From assembly GCA_963843625.1 (NCBI GenBank), contig CAWJLK010000004.1:30255-94254 (forward strand): a stretch of DNA of 64,000 nt, given 5' to 3'. A program made the position numbers and the translations under genes. Origin of the DNA: an uncultured Acidobacteriaceae bacterium. Lineage in GTDB: Bacteria; Acidobacteriota; Terriglobia; Terriglobales; Acidobacteriaceae. Positions 30,688-41,416 of the stretch are shown one piece after another; the first letter of the stretch is position 1, and every line of letters begins with the position of its first letter. The notes below the pieces were generated by a model. It did no database searches. It was given only the letters and a program-made list of their open reading frames with translations, and had not been told where the DNA came from.

Positions 30688-30803
30688 CCGGCCTTCAACT
30701 TCCGAGGTCCGGCGACAGCATAATATACTTCACACTGTTTCCGAATATGCTCGACACACCCGGCTCGCTCTCCAGCCGGCGTGCGCAACGAAGTGAGGAT
30801 TCA

Positions 30804-31388
30804 ATGACCGACAAGCCCTATCGTCCCCAAGAGGACATCGTGACCTTAATGAAGCAGTTCGACCAGCAGGTCAAGGAATCTCCCGAGCTTCCCGATGCAG
30901 CCACGCGCTTGCTTCGCGCTCGGCTGGTCTTTGAAGAAGCTCTCGAGTTTGTCAGAGGCTGTGGTTGCACGGTCACAATCTCCCGCGGCGAAAACGAGAG
31001 CGCGGTCATTGACGAGATCGGTGTTGTGCTCGATCCCAACGGAGAGCCGGATTTTGTGGAGTATGTTGACGGTTGTGTTGACCAGCTTGTTGTCACCTAT
31101 GGCGCGCTCAACGCTGCAGGCGTCAAGGCGCAACCTGCCTGGGACGAGGTGCAGCGCAGCAACATGAGCAAGGCGTGGCCCCATTGCAGCGTCTGCGATG
31201 CCGTTCTCGTGCGGGATGCCGGCCAGGAACTCGTCCATCCGGAAGACGCCATCGCTCACAATGGCGATTGGAAGACGATTCTGAAGATCCACAAGCGGCC
31301 GGATGGAAAAGTTGTCAAGTCTCCCACCTATTCACCTGCGGATATAAAGCGGGTGATCGAGGAGCAGATCGAGCAGGCAAACGGTTGA
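30804..31388 (+). CDS. All-alpha NTP pyrophosphohydrolase (MazG/DR2231-like) with a Cys/His insertion
   Basis: LRARLVFEEALE, DGCVDQLVVTYG, WDEVQRSNMSK, RPDGKVVKSP; insertion HCSVC...H...H. Confidence 0.8.
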   Translation: MTDKPYRPQEDIVTLMKQFDQQVKESPELPDAATRLLRARLVFEEALEFVRGCGCTVTISRGENESAVIDEIGVVLDPNGEPDFVEYVDGCVDQLVVTYGALNAAGVKAQPAWDEVQRSNMSKAWPHCSVCDAVLVRDAGQELVHPEDAIAHNGDWKTILKIHKRPDGKVVKSPTYSPADIKRVIEEQIEQANG

Positions 31389-32279
31389 TTGGAAAAGCGA
31401 ATAGCCAACACCGAGAAGAAACCCGATGTTGGTCGTCTCACTGCCGACCCCTGATCTCTGAAAAATCCTAACCTCTCGTGTGCGATGATCCATTTCTTCG
31501 CGGTGAGGCTGGAATAGCTTGACCACCGCTGCGATGAGGCCGGGAATATCCGATGGGTTCGCTTCGATGGCAGGCTGCCAACCGAGTTCGCGCAACGTCT
31601 GGCTGGTAATCGGCCCAATCGAAATCGCAGGAACCCGGCTAACGGCCATGCGATGCCGGCTGCGCGCGCAGCTTCGGCCAGATGCGAAACGCTGGACGAG
31701 CTTGTAAACGTCGCTGCATCGAGCCCGGCTGTAACGGCGCGGCGCAACTGCTCCGGCGCGGCCTCGGGCATAACGTTTCTGTAAGCCTCAACCGCATCGA
31801 CCTCGGCTCCAGCCGCCCGCAGTGCATCGGGAATCACGTCCCGCGCCACAGCCGCGCGAGGGAGCAGGACGCGTTTGCCGGTAACTTGATCGCGCAGGCT
31901 CTCCACGAGGCTCTCGGCAACGTAGTTATCCGGAACGACTGCGACCTGAAAGCCAACATGCCGCGCCGCCTCGGCTGTTGCACTGCCAATCGCGGCCACC
32001 TTCAAACCCGTCGGCATTCGCCGGATTCACGCCGAATCGTGAGCCGCGAACGCTGACCGCGTGCAGGGCATTGGAACTTGTAAGAATCAGCCAGTCGTAT
32101 CGATCGAGATGCTGGAGAGCGTCGTCCAGAAGCGCGTAGGACTCCGGCGGGACAATCTCTAGCACTGGAACCTCAACCGGCTCAGCGCCCAGCGCACGCA
32201 ACCTATCACTAAGCTGGCCGGCCTGATGCAAGGCGCGGGTGACAAGAACCTTTCGCCCAGCCAGCGGCAACGCGCTCAC
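31328..32279 (-). CDS. hemD: Uroporphyrinogen-III synthase; frameshifts, 3' end uncertain
   Basis: [45 protein letters not shown]. Confidence 0.88.
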
Positions 32280-33227
32280 CGCAAGCCTCCATCCGAGGCC
32301 GCAAGCAGCGGCCCTGCGCCTGCTTCCATCAGCTTTTCAGCGGTCATCCGGCCCAGTTCAGCCGCGTCCATCTTGCCATGGAGGACGAGGTGAAAGACCC
32401 GAGCCTGCGTTCCACTCTCCGGGTCAGCGACAACGCCATGAATCTCGTCCCAGAGTTCTCCGCCTTCTGCATTCTCGCTGACCCAAGGCCTGCAATAGAT
32501 GCCGATCGGCACCTGGCAACCGCCTCCGAGAGCCGCAAGCGCCGCGCGCTCAACGGTGACGGCAAAGCGCGTGGCCGCGTCATCGAGAAACGCAACCGCC
32601 GCAATCGTCGCCGCGTCGTCCTTGCGAGTCTCGATGCCCAGCGCTCCCTGGCCTGCCGCCGGACAAAACTCCTTCGGCTCCATCCTCTCGCGCACCCACT
32701 CGGTCTTTTCCAGCCGTTCGAGGCCCGCTGCGGCCAGCAGGATCGCGTCCACTTGGCCCTCGGCCAGCTTGCGCAGGCGCGTGTCCACATTGCCGCGAAA
32801 CTCCACCGCCTCGATGTCCGGCCGCATCGTCTTCAACTGCGCTCGCCGCCGCTGGCTGCTGGTGCCAACACGCGCGCCCTGAGGCAACGCGGCAAGGTTT
32901 GCGAAGTTCACCGACACGAATGCGTCTCTTGGGTCCACGCGCGGAGGCGTCGCAGCGAGCGCGAAAGGCTCCGGCAGCTCGGTCGGCAGATCTTTGAGCG
33001 AGTGCACGGCCAGATCCACGCGCCCATCGGCCAGCGCTTCCTCGATCTCCTTGGTAAACATGCCTTTGGAACCAACCTGCGCGAAAGGTCACCTCTTGCA
33101 GCCGATCGCCGGTTGTCTTGATGATCTCGATCTCGACGAAGTGCCCCTGGCCGCGAAGCAGCCCGGCGATATGGTTCGCCTGCCACAGCGCCAACTGCGA
33201 GCCCCGGCTTCCGATGCGCAGCTTCAT
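32276..33227 (-). CDS. hemC: Hydroxymethylbilane synthase; frameshift near 33085
   Basis: [49 protein letters not shown]. Confidence 0.96.
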
Positions 33228-34591
33228 GGTCGGCCCGATCCTCTACCTTCGCTCACTTCAGCTCCCTCAGTTCTCTCTGTCTCAGGATTCTTGACGCTCG
33301 CTTTGCGCCCTGCCGTGGCAGTCTCATGCGCTACGGTCTCGACGGCAAGCGACCATGTCTCGCAGAGCGTTTCAAGCCGGGCCTCATCGTTTTCGCGGGC
33401 GGCCTGCTTGAGCGCCTGCATCGGCGGATGGAGGAACTTGTTGACTAATCCGCGAGTCAGCGCCTCGACGGCTGCAAGCTGCTCCGTGCTGAGCGAAGCC
33501 AACCGAGTCTGCGCTCGCCTCATCTCCGACTGGCGAATCTCCTCGGCCTGCTGTTGCAGCGCCACAATGGCCGGGGCGACGTTAACGGTGCGCAGACGCT
33601 GGTGAAATCGTTCGACCTCCCCGTCAATCAGCGCCTCGGCATCGGTGGCCTCGCGACTGCGTTCTGCCATGTGAGCCGCGGCCACCTGCTGCAGGTCGTC
33701 GATGTCGTAGACAAAGATTCCCTCCAGCTTGCCCATCTCGGGGTCCACGTCTCGCGGCACGGCAATGTCGATGAAGAACATCGGCCTGTTACGCCGACGG
33801 TGCAAAAACGCCTGCCCATGCTCACGTCGAAAGATCGGGTGCGGTGCTCCTGTGGAACTGATTACGATGTCTGCTTGACTGGCTGCATCGTGGAGTTGAT
33901 CAAACGGGATCACTCGTCCATCGAAGACCTCGGCCATTCGTCGCGCACGTTCCTGAGTCCGGTTGGTGACCAGAATCGCACCCGCGCCTTGCTGCACCAG
34001 ATGCCGCGCAGCCAGTTCACTCATTTTGCCCGCGCCAACCAGAAAAACCGTGCGCCCTTGCAGCGATCCAAAGATCTTGCGCGCCAGTTCGACGGCCACT
34101 GAGGCGATGGAGACAGAGTTCGAGCCGATCTCAGTCTCCGTGCGAACCTTCTTGGCTGCGGCAAAGGCGCTCTGCAACAGGTGCTCGAGCTGACCGCCCA
34201 CGGTTCCAGAGGCGCGAGCTACGGCGAAGGCCTCTTTGACCTGGCCCAGAATCTGCGGCTCACCTACCACCATCGAGTCCAGGCTTGCGGCCACGCGAAA
34301 GAGATGCCGTACAGCCTCCTGGTCGCGGTGTTCGTAGAGGTGCGGAGTGAGCAGCGCCTCGTTCAGGCCAAAATAATTTTGCAGAAAGCCTGTCAGATCG
34401 GTCGTCGACGACTCGATAGAGGCCAGAATCTCCACGCGATTGCAGGTCGAGACAATCATGCACTCGGTTACGCCTGGAACCGCGGCCAGAGCGCGCGTGG
34501 TTTCCGGCAGATCTTCGCGGGAGATGGCGATGCGCTCGCGTACCTCGATGGGCGCGGTCTTGTGGTTGACGCCAATGATCGTCAGAGTCAT
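33224..34591 (-). CDS. hemA: Glutamyl-tRNA reductase
   Basis: [42 protein letters not shown]; the start overlaps the ccsA stop (TAATG). Confidence 0.96.
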   Translation of the reverse strand: MTLTIIGVNHKTAPIEVRERIAISREDLPETTRALAAVPGVTECMIVSTCNRVEILASIESSTTDLTGFLQNYFGLNEALLTPHLYEHRDQEAVRHLFRVAASLDSMVVGEPQILGQVKEAFAVARASGTVGGQLEHLLQSAFAAAKKVRTETEIGSNSVSIASVAVELARKIFGSLQGRTVFLVGAGKMSELAARHLVQQGAGAILVTNRTQERARRMAEVFDGRVIPFDQLHDAASQADIVISSTGAPHPIFRREHGQAFLHRRRNRPMFFIDIAVPRDVDPEMGKLEGIFVYDIDDLQQVAAAHMAERSREATDAEALIDGEVERFHQRLRTVNVAPAIVALQQQAEEIRQSEMRRAQTRLASLSTEQLAAVEALTRGLVNKFLHPPMQALKQAARENDEARLETLCETWSLAVETVAHETATAGRKASVKNPETERTEGAEVSEGRGSGRP

Positions 34592-35436
34592 TACGGACCG
34601 TACCTGTGAACCCGGCTGATGACATTGACGGCAAAGACGGCGAGCATCACCAGAAACACCGCTCCTGAGAGATAGGCCGCACGGCGTCCGCGCAGGCCGG
34701 CGGAGCGGCGCACCAGCAGCAGCGTGACGTAAACAACCCACAAGAAGAAGGATGCAATGACTTTCGGGTCGAGGAAATACGCAGCGCCGAGAGGCGTCTC
34801 CTGGGCCAGAACGGAGCCGATCACCAAGCCGACTGTCATGCAGGGGAAGCCAAATTCCAAAGTAGCGTGAGCGATACGCTCCAGCGTGTCCAGTGGCGGC
34901 AGCCAGTCCAGCGGGAGCCACCAGGAATCCTCCCCAGGCTTGTGCTTGCTCTTGAGTCGACGCTCCTGTAGCAGGTAGAGCACCGAGGCTAGAAGGCTGA
35001 AGCCAAGCGCAACATAGGCAGCCATCAATGCGGCAATGTGGGCGATTAGCCAACTGATGCGTACATGGCTCGACGGAAAGACGTAGCGCTCCGGGCCGAG
35101 CGCGGGGACCAGGACCGCGAGAAACGTGACGGGCAGAGCAAAGATTCCCAGCGAAATTGCGTCGTACAGCCACCAGACGAGAAAGAACAGGCCGGCGATG
35201 GCAAAGCCCAGCAGCGACTCAACCTCCCGGGTGCCTACCGGCACAATTCGATGGGCCTGGACCAGCATCTCAACGCACGAGACGAAGTGGAAGAAGAAGG
35301 CCAAGCCGCCCAAATGGACGCAGCTCTTGCGCCAGCGGATCAGGCCGTAGAGCACAGCCGGAAAGACGGCGATGGAGGCCGCCGCGTAGAGCATTGCCGC
35401 AACTCTGAGCCAAAGAAGGTACATTTCGATGCTCAC
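34591..35436 (-). CDS. ccsA: Cytochrome c biogenesis CcsA/HemX-like membrane protein
   Basis: About 8 TM segments, conserved His, YLLQERRLK, LPPLDTLE, DPKV; typical position upstream of hemA. Confidence 0.8.
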   Translation of the reverse strand: MSIEMYLLWLRVAAMLYAAASIAVFPAVLYGLIRWRKSCVHLGGLAFFFHFVSCVEMLVQAHRIVPVGTREVESLLGFAIAGLFFLVWWLYDAISLGIFALPVTFLAVLVPALGPERYVFPSSHVRISWLIAHIAALMAAYVALGFSLLASVLYLLQERRLKSKHKPGEDSWWLPLDWLPPLDTLERIAHATLEFGFPCMTVGLVIGSVLAQETPLGAAYFLDPKVIASFFLWVVYVTLLLVRRSAGLRGRRAAYLSGAVFLVMLAVFAVNVISRVHRYGP

Positions 35437-35473
35437 CTAACTGGTGCAAAGGAACAGTATACTGTGACGCAAC

Positions 35474-36518
35474 TCACCTGACAGTGCTGTTCTTCAAGAG
35501 CCCAAGCCGCAGGAGGCTCTCGGCTGTCGCGACAATGCACTCCTCATTTGAACGCGGCGTCCAGCCGAGAACGCGCTTGGCCTTTTCGTTCGAGCCGTTT
35601 TTGGGCTTGCCCAACTCCGGCAGCGTCTGCCTCACCTCACGGACGGGCAATGCGAGGAGACGGACGAGCCAGTTTGGCATTTCTCTGGTTGGTGATTTTT
35701 CCGCCGATATGCCCATGCGGTTTCTGAGGATCATGGACATCTCAAGCATGGACAAGAAGTCGCCGGCGGTGGCCAGGAAGCGTTCACCTTTGGCTGCGGG
35801 GCTTGTCATTGCACGTAGGTGCAGGTCAACCACGTCGCGGACATCGACGACGCCGAGAGAGAGACGCAGGCAGCCGGGCATGCCACCGTCCAACATGCGC
35901 TTGATCAGGGCAATCGAGGTCGACAAGTCCGGCCCCAGAACCGGGCCCAGGACAAGGACTGGATTGACGACGGAGAGTTCGAGGCTGCCGCCCTCGCGCG
36001 CGATGAACTCCCAGGCTGCGCGTTCGGCGAGGGTCTTCGACTTCACGTAGGCGGTGACGTCGGCGTTGGGATTTGTCCAGTCCTTCTCGTCGAAGGGCGC
36101 ATTGTTTGCCTTCTCGCCAACGCCATAGCCGATCGCCGCGAAGGAGGAGGTGAGGACCACGCGCTTGACGCCGGCATCGCGTGAGGCGCGCAGCACGCGA
36201 AGAGCACCGTCGCGCGCAGGTACGATCAGCTCATCTTCGTGTCTGGGAACTCGTGCGGGAAAGGGCGAGGCTACATGCAGCACGTACTCGCATCCAGTTA
36301 CAGCTTGCGGCCAGCCGGCGTCAGCTTCAAGATCGGCAGCGAAGAAGGACAAGCGATTGCCGGGCTCGGCGCCGCCTTCACGCAACATGGCGCGCACATC
36401 GCTCTTCGCGCTTGAGGCTGCGTACTGTCGTGCGGACCTGATGGCCCGCGGCCAAAAGCTGAAGGATGGCATGGCTGCCGATGAAGCCCGATCCGCCGGT
36501 GACGAGAACTGTGCTCAT
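35474..36518 (-). CDS. NAD(P)-dependent epimerase/aldehyde reductase (extended SDR); frameshift near the 5' end
   Basis: MSTVLVTGGSGFIG in the alternate frame, HVASP, VVLTSS.AA, YVKSK. Confidence 0.88.
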
Positions 36519-36625
36519 GGAGAGAATTGTAGGGCACAAGGCGCGAACTCCTGCTCGCCTTGCGCACCTTTCCCCTCACTGGGTATCTTTGTGAAGCAGC
36601 TTGACTCACTCCTGAAAAGAGATTC

Positions 36626-38056
36626 ATGGACGTTCTTAAGAGACTCTTCGAGCAGCATTTTCACATGCCGGCCGAGGAAGTGCGGCCACTTCAAGGGCCA
36701 GCTCGGAGGCTCGGGGCGAACGATTGTCCGGTTGTCCGGTGGAGGGTCGAGCGCTATCGGCGTCCAGTATTCCGTGCGCGAAGAGAACGTGGCTTTCTTG
36801 AGTTTTCCAGGCATTTTCGCCGCCACGGATTGCCGGTGCCGGAGATTTATGCGGAGGATCTGAGCCAGGGAGCCTACCTTGAAGAAGATCTGGGCGACAC
36901 GACGCTCTTCGAGTTTCTTGGCGCAAATCGAACGGGCGACATCATCGCTCCCGAGGCTATGGAGGCCTATCGCAAAGTGGTGGCCGTGCTGCCGCGCTTT
37001 CAGGTCGAGGCGGGCCGCGATCTGAATTACAAGGTCTGCTATCCGCGAGCCAGCTTCGACCGCCAGTCCATCGCCTGGGATCTGAATTACTTCAAGTATT
37101 ATTTTCTGCGGCTGGCTGGCGATTCCCTTCAACGAGCAGGCGCTGGAGACTGACTTCGGCCGGCTGACGAAGTTTCTGCTGGGCGCGAACCACGATTATT
37201 TTCTCTACCGGGATTTCAAATCCGCAACGTGATGCTGCGCGACGGGCAGCCATATTTTCTCGACTATCAGGGCGGCCGCAAAGGCGCACTGCAATACGAC
37301 ATCGCTTCCCTGCTCTACGATGGCAAGGCCGATCTGCCGCCGGAGTTGCGCCAGGAATTGCTTGACTACTATCTCGAATGCCTTGGCGGCTTCATCACGC
37401 TCGACCGCGACGGCCTTCATGGAGCACTACTACGCCTTCGTGTATGTCCGCATCCTGCAGGCGCTCGGAGCGTATGGTTTCCGCGGATTTTATGAGCGCA
37501 AGGCGCATTTTCTGCAGAGCGTACCGTACGCCCTGAAGAACCTGCGCTGGCTGGCCGCGAACGTCGAGCTGCCCATCGCGCTGCCGGCGCTGATGGAGGC
37601 GCTGGACGGAATCTCGGCGTCGGAAAAGTTGCAGAGCTCTGGCTCCTTCCGCGGAGGGTTTAACGGTGCGGATCTTCAGCTTCAGGTTTCATCGCGAGAT
37701 GCCCGCCGACGAGTCGGAAACGGCGGCGGGTTTGTCTTCGACGCGCGCAGCCTGCCCAATCCCGGCCGTGAAGAGCAGTTCCGGCAGTTGACCGGCAAGG
37801 ACGCGGCGGTCATTGAATACCTCGATCGTCAGGCCAGCGTGCACCAGTATTTTGCCGGCGTTGTCTCGCTGGTCGATGCGAGCGTGAACGCATATCAGCG
37901 CCGCGGTTTCAAGAATCTGATGGTCTCATTTGGCTGCACCGGCGGCCAGCATCGCTCGGTGTATCTGGCCGAGCAGTTGGCTCAACATCTGCGGGCACGC
38001 AACGGTGTGGAAGTTGTCGTCAGGCACATCGAGGTGGAGAAGATGGGCGCCGATGA
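36626..38056 (+). CDS. AmgK-like phosphotransferase fused to a RapZ C-terminal-like domain; several frameshifts
   Basis: [35 protein letters not shown], then [13 protein letters not shown] and [11 protein letters not shown]. Confidence 0.82.
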
Positions 38057-38775
38057 AGGCAATGATTCTAGCCGCCGGCCTGGGCACGCGGTTGCGGCCT
38101 CTTACCGACGACCGGCCCAAGGCGCTGGTCCAAGTTGCAGGCAGGACAATGCTGGAGATTGCCCTGGCCCGGCTGCGCGTCTTTGGCGTGCGCGAGGTGA
38201 TCGTCAATGCGCATCACTACGCGGAGATGATTGTCGAGTACCTGAAGGCCCACGACAACTTCGGCATGAGGATCGAAGTCTCTCGCGAAGAAGAGCTGCT
38301 GGACACCGGCGGCGGCTTGATGAAGGCTGGAGCCTTTTTGGGCGACTCGCAGGAGCCCTTCATCCTGCACAATGTCGACGTAATCAGCTCGATCGATCTT
38401 GGGCGGATGGCGGAGTTCCACAAGGGACGGGCTGCTCTGGCGACATTGGCGGTTCAAGACCGCATGACTTCGCGTTATCTATTATTCGATGGGTCTGGGC
38501 TGTTATGCGGCCGCCGAGCGGGACTCGATGGACGAACCGAATTGGTGCGGACAACTGAATCGGTGCATTCGCTTGCCTTCTCCGGCATCCACGTGATCTC
38601 GCCTCGCATCTTCGCGAAGATGAAAGAGACGGGAGCGTTTTCGATCATTGACGCCTATCTGCGTCTCGCGGCTGAGGGAGAGAAGATCGCCGCCTTTCGA
38701 GCTGATGGATGCTATTGGCGCGACCTCGGCAGGCCAGAGAGCGTGATGGAAGCTGCTCGCGATCTGGCGGGTTGA
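38053..38775 (+). CDS. Nucleotidyltransferase (MurU-like)
   Basis: [18 protein letters not shown]...PKAL, LLDTGGG, HNVD, W.DLGRPE. Confidence 0.88.
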   Translation: MKAMILAAGLGTRLRPLTDDRPKALVQVAGRTMLEIALARLRVFGVREVIVNAHHYAEMIVEYLKAHDNFGMRIEVSREEELLDTGGGLMKAGAFLGDSQEPFILHNVDVISSIDLGRMAEFHKGRAALATLAVQDRMTSRYLLFDGSGLLCGRRAGLDGRTELVRTTESVHSLAFSGIHVISPRIFAKMKETGAFSIIDAYLRLAAEGEKIAAFRADGCYWRDLGRPESVMEAARDLAG

Positions 38776-38935
38776 GTGTTATCTAGAAAATTACCTGCAA
38801 GGTTTTGAAAATATAGATAGGGGGGTGGGGGGATTATTTATCCGGTGGACGGAGATCAGTGAACAGCGATTCGTTTGGCCACATTCTTCTGAATGATTCT
38901 ATTGTGCGTCAATGAAGGATAATTTTCTGCAAACC

Positions 38936-39003
38936 CGCAGGGGCTGAAGCCCGACCTTTGTTTTGTGCCGTTTGCGGCCCGACTGAAGTCGTGCCCTTGT
39001 TAC
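38936..39003. repeat. REP doublet, second family
   Basis: GCAGGGGCTGAAGCCC...GGCCCGACTGAAGTCGTGCCCTTGTTACA. Confidence 0.75.
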
Positions 39004-39225
39004 AGAGCGACAATTCTCTACGATTCCCCGACCTCCAGCATAACTGTCCGAATGCGCTCAGCTAACGTTTTTTAGTTTTTTGGCTCTACACGGGGGATCA
39101 ATCCCCCGTCTCCCTCTGTTTTGAGCTTTTCAGCAGCTTTTCAAGTCGTACCTTGACGCTTCTTTAGCCTCTTGATGGGATATTGCATGCGAGTCGACTG
39201 AAGGCGATTCTGCAAGCAGATCGAC

Positions 39226-39261
39226 TGTCCGAAATCGGACACTTCTTGCCGCAACCGGTCA
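39226..39261. promoter_or_regulatory. Tandem upstream activator sites for a sigma-54 enhancer-binding protein
   Basis: Perfect palindrome TGTCCG-AAAT-CGGACA (39226-41) and degenerate TTGCCG-CAAC-CGGTCA (39246-61), about 100 bp upstream of a -24/-12 site. Confidence 0.6.
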
Positions 39262-39335
39262 CTTCCGGGCCATTTCCTTAGTGCGGAAAAATCATCTAAC
39301 TTATTTGTTTTCAGTAAAACTAGACTATCTCCTGT

Positions 39336-39352
39336 TTGGTGTGGGGCGTGCT
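39336..39352 (+). promoter_or_regulatory. Sigma-54 (-24/-12) promoter
   Basis: TTGG(39336-39)-N10-GC(39350-51)T, preceded by an AT-rich IHF-like tract TAACTTATTTGTTTT. Confidence 0.6.
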
Positions 39353-39365
39353 ATATCTCAGATCG

Positions 39366-40635
39366 ATGGATATCGCACGCCCAGACTTGAAGCAAAAGAG
39401 GATACGCCGCTACGCAGTTATGGCTGGCGTCGCAGCGGTGGTGTTGGTGGCGTTGGTGGCGGCTGTATCGCGCCTGAAGCCAGCCGCACCGACCGTGGAC
39501 CGTTCAACGATCTGGTCCGACACGGTGAAGCGCGGACCGATGATTCGCCAGGTTCGCGGATCGACGGGAACGCTGGTTCCGCGAGAGGACTCGATCGAGC
39601 TGATACCCGCGCAGACCGATGCAACCGTGGTCCGCATACGCGTCTTGCCGGGAGCCAAGGTCACGCCAGACACCATTTTGATGGATCTGGCCGATCCGCA
39701 GCTTCAGCAGGAGTTGTTGAACGCCAAGCTCGCGCTGAAGGCAGCGGAGGCCGACTACAAGAGCCTGCAGGCCACGCTTGAGAGCACGCTGATGGACAAG
39801 AAGACCGCAGCAGCCCAGGTCAATGCCGACTATACCCAGGACCAGTTGCAGGCGCAGACCGACAAGGCGCTCTACGATCTCGGCGTCATCTCGGGACTCG
39901 CCTATAACAAATCAAAGAACACCGCCGACCAGTTGACCACGCAACACCAACTCAGCCAGCAACAGCTCGACGTGAACCAGAAGGCAACCATTGTTCAGCT
40001 TGCCTCGGCGCAGACAAGGATCGACCAGGCCAAGGCTCTGCTCGATCTTTATCAGAGACAGACGGAGGCGCTCGAGGTCAGAGCCGGAATCTCCGGGGCA
40101 GTCGCTCCGCTGGCGATACCGCTGCAAGTCGGGCAGCACGTAACGGCCGGAACCTCTGTGGCCGAGGTGATTCAGCTCGACAAGCTGAAGGCCGCGCTGC
40201 AAATTGCCGAGACGCAGGCGCGCGACATCCAGATCGGCCAGCCGGCCTCGATCGACACGCATAACGGCATCATTCCCGGCCATGTGACCCGCATCGATCC
40301 CTCGGTCGTGAACGGAACGCGCACGGTTGACGTAACTCTGGATGGGCCATTGCCCGCCGGCGCGGTTCCGCAGTTGAGCGTGGACGGAACGATCGATCTG
40401 GAGACGGATGGCGGATGTGCTTTACGTCGGACGGCCGGCGCTGGGCAACGAGAACTCGACGCTGAGCCTGTTCAAGATCGACGCCGATGGCAAAGGCGCC
40501 ACGCGCGTTCCGGTAAAGGTTGGCCGCGCCTCGGTCAACAGCATTCAGGTGATCGAGGGGTTGAAGGAAGGCGACACGGTGATTCTCTCCGATATGTCGC
40601 GCTGGGACAACGTGGATCGCATCCGGCTGGAATAA
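39366..40635 (+). CDS. Efflux periplasmic adaptor (HlyD/MacA-like membrane fusion protein); frameshift near 40405
   Basis: MDIARP, one TM, VKRGPMIRQVRG.GTLVP, coiled coil, V.RIDPSV.NGT, GLKEGDTVILSD. Confidence 0.9.
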
Positions 40636-40692
40636 CAGAGACCAGAGATCAGAGAGCAGAGATCTGAACCACAAAACCACAAGGGAGACACC

Positions 40693-41415
40693 ATGGCATC
40701 GAACGACAAGCTGATTGAAATCGAAGACCTGACCAAGGTCTTCTACACCGACGAAGTGGAGACGCACGCGCTCTCCGGCATTCACCTGACCATCTCGCGA
40801 GGCGAGTACCTGGCGATGAGCGGCCCATCGGGCTGCGGCAAATCGACGCTGCTTTCGATTCTCGGCCTGCTCGACACGCCGACCGGCGGCAAGTATCTGC
40901 TGAACGGCAACCCGGTGGAGAATCTGAGCTTCAGCGAGCGCTCGCGCATTCGCAATCAGGAGATCGGCTTCATCTTTCAGAGCTTCAATCTGATCGGCGA
41001 TCTGACGGTGGAAGAGAATGTCGAGCTGCCGCTCACTTATCGCGCGGGCATGCCCTCGGCCGAGCGCAAGAAGCGCGTGAAGGAAGCGCTGGAGCGCGTG
41101 AACATGGCGCATCGCATGAGGCACTATCCGGCGCAGCTCTCCGGCGGCCAGCAGCAGCGCGTGGCCGTGGCGCGCGCGCTGGCCGGTTCGCCGTCGATTC
41201 TGCTGGCCGACGAGCCCACCGGCAACCTGGACTCGAAGAATGGCGAGGCGGTGATGCATCTGCTCACGGACCTGCACCGCGAAGGCGCGACGATCTGCAT
41301 GGTGACGCACGATCCGCGCTTTGCCAAGCACGCCCAGCGCGAAGTGCATCTGTTCGACGGCAAGGTGGTTTCGGAGACGGAATTGAAGAAGCTCGAAGAG
41401 GAAGTCGAGGCGTAG
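40693..41415 (+). CDS. ABC transporter ATP-binding protein (LolD/MacB-type)
   Basis: GPSGCGKST, LSGGQQQR, LADEPTGNLD, VTHD. Confidence 0.96.
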   Translation: MASNDKLIEIEDLTKVFYTDEVETHALSGIHLTISRGEYLAMSGPSGCGKSTLLSILGLLDTPTGGKYLLNGNPVENLSFSERSRIRNQEIGFIFQSFNLIGDLTVEENVELPLTYRAGMPSAERKKRVKEALERVNMAHRMRHYPAQLSGGQQQRVAVARALAGSPSILLADEPTGNLDSKNGEAVMHLLTDLHREGATICMVTHDPRFAKHAQREVHLFDGKVVSETELKKLEEEVEA

Positions 41416-41416
41416 C

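Noticed and set aside
33224-35173. 649-aa N-terminally extended HemA
   Set aside because: The extension overlaps ccsA in another frame; the real start is at 34591.
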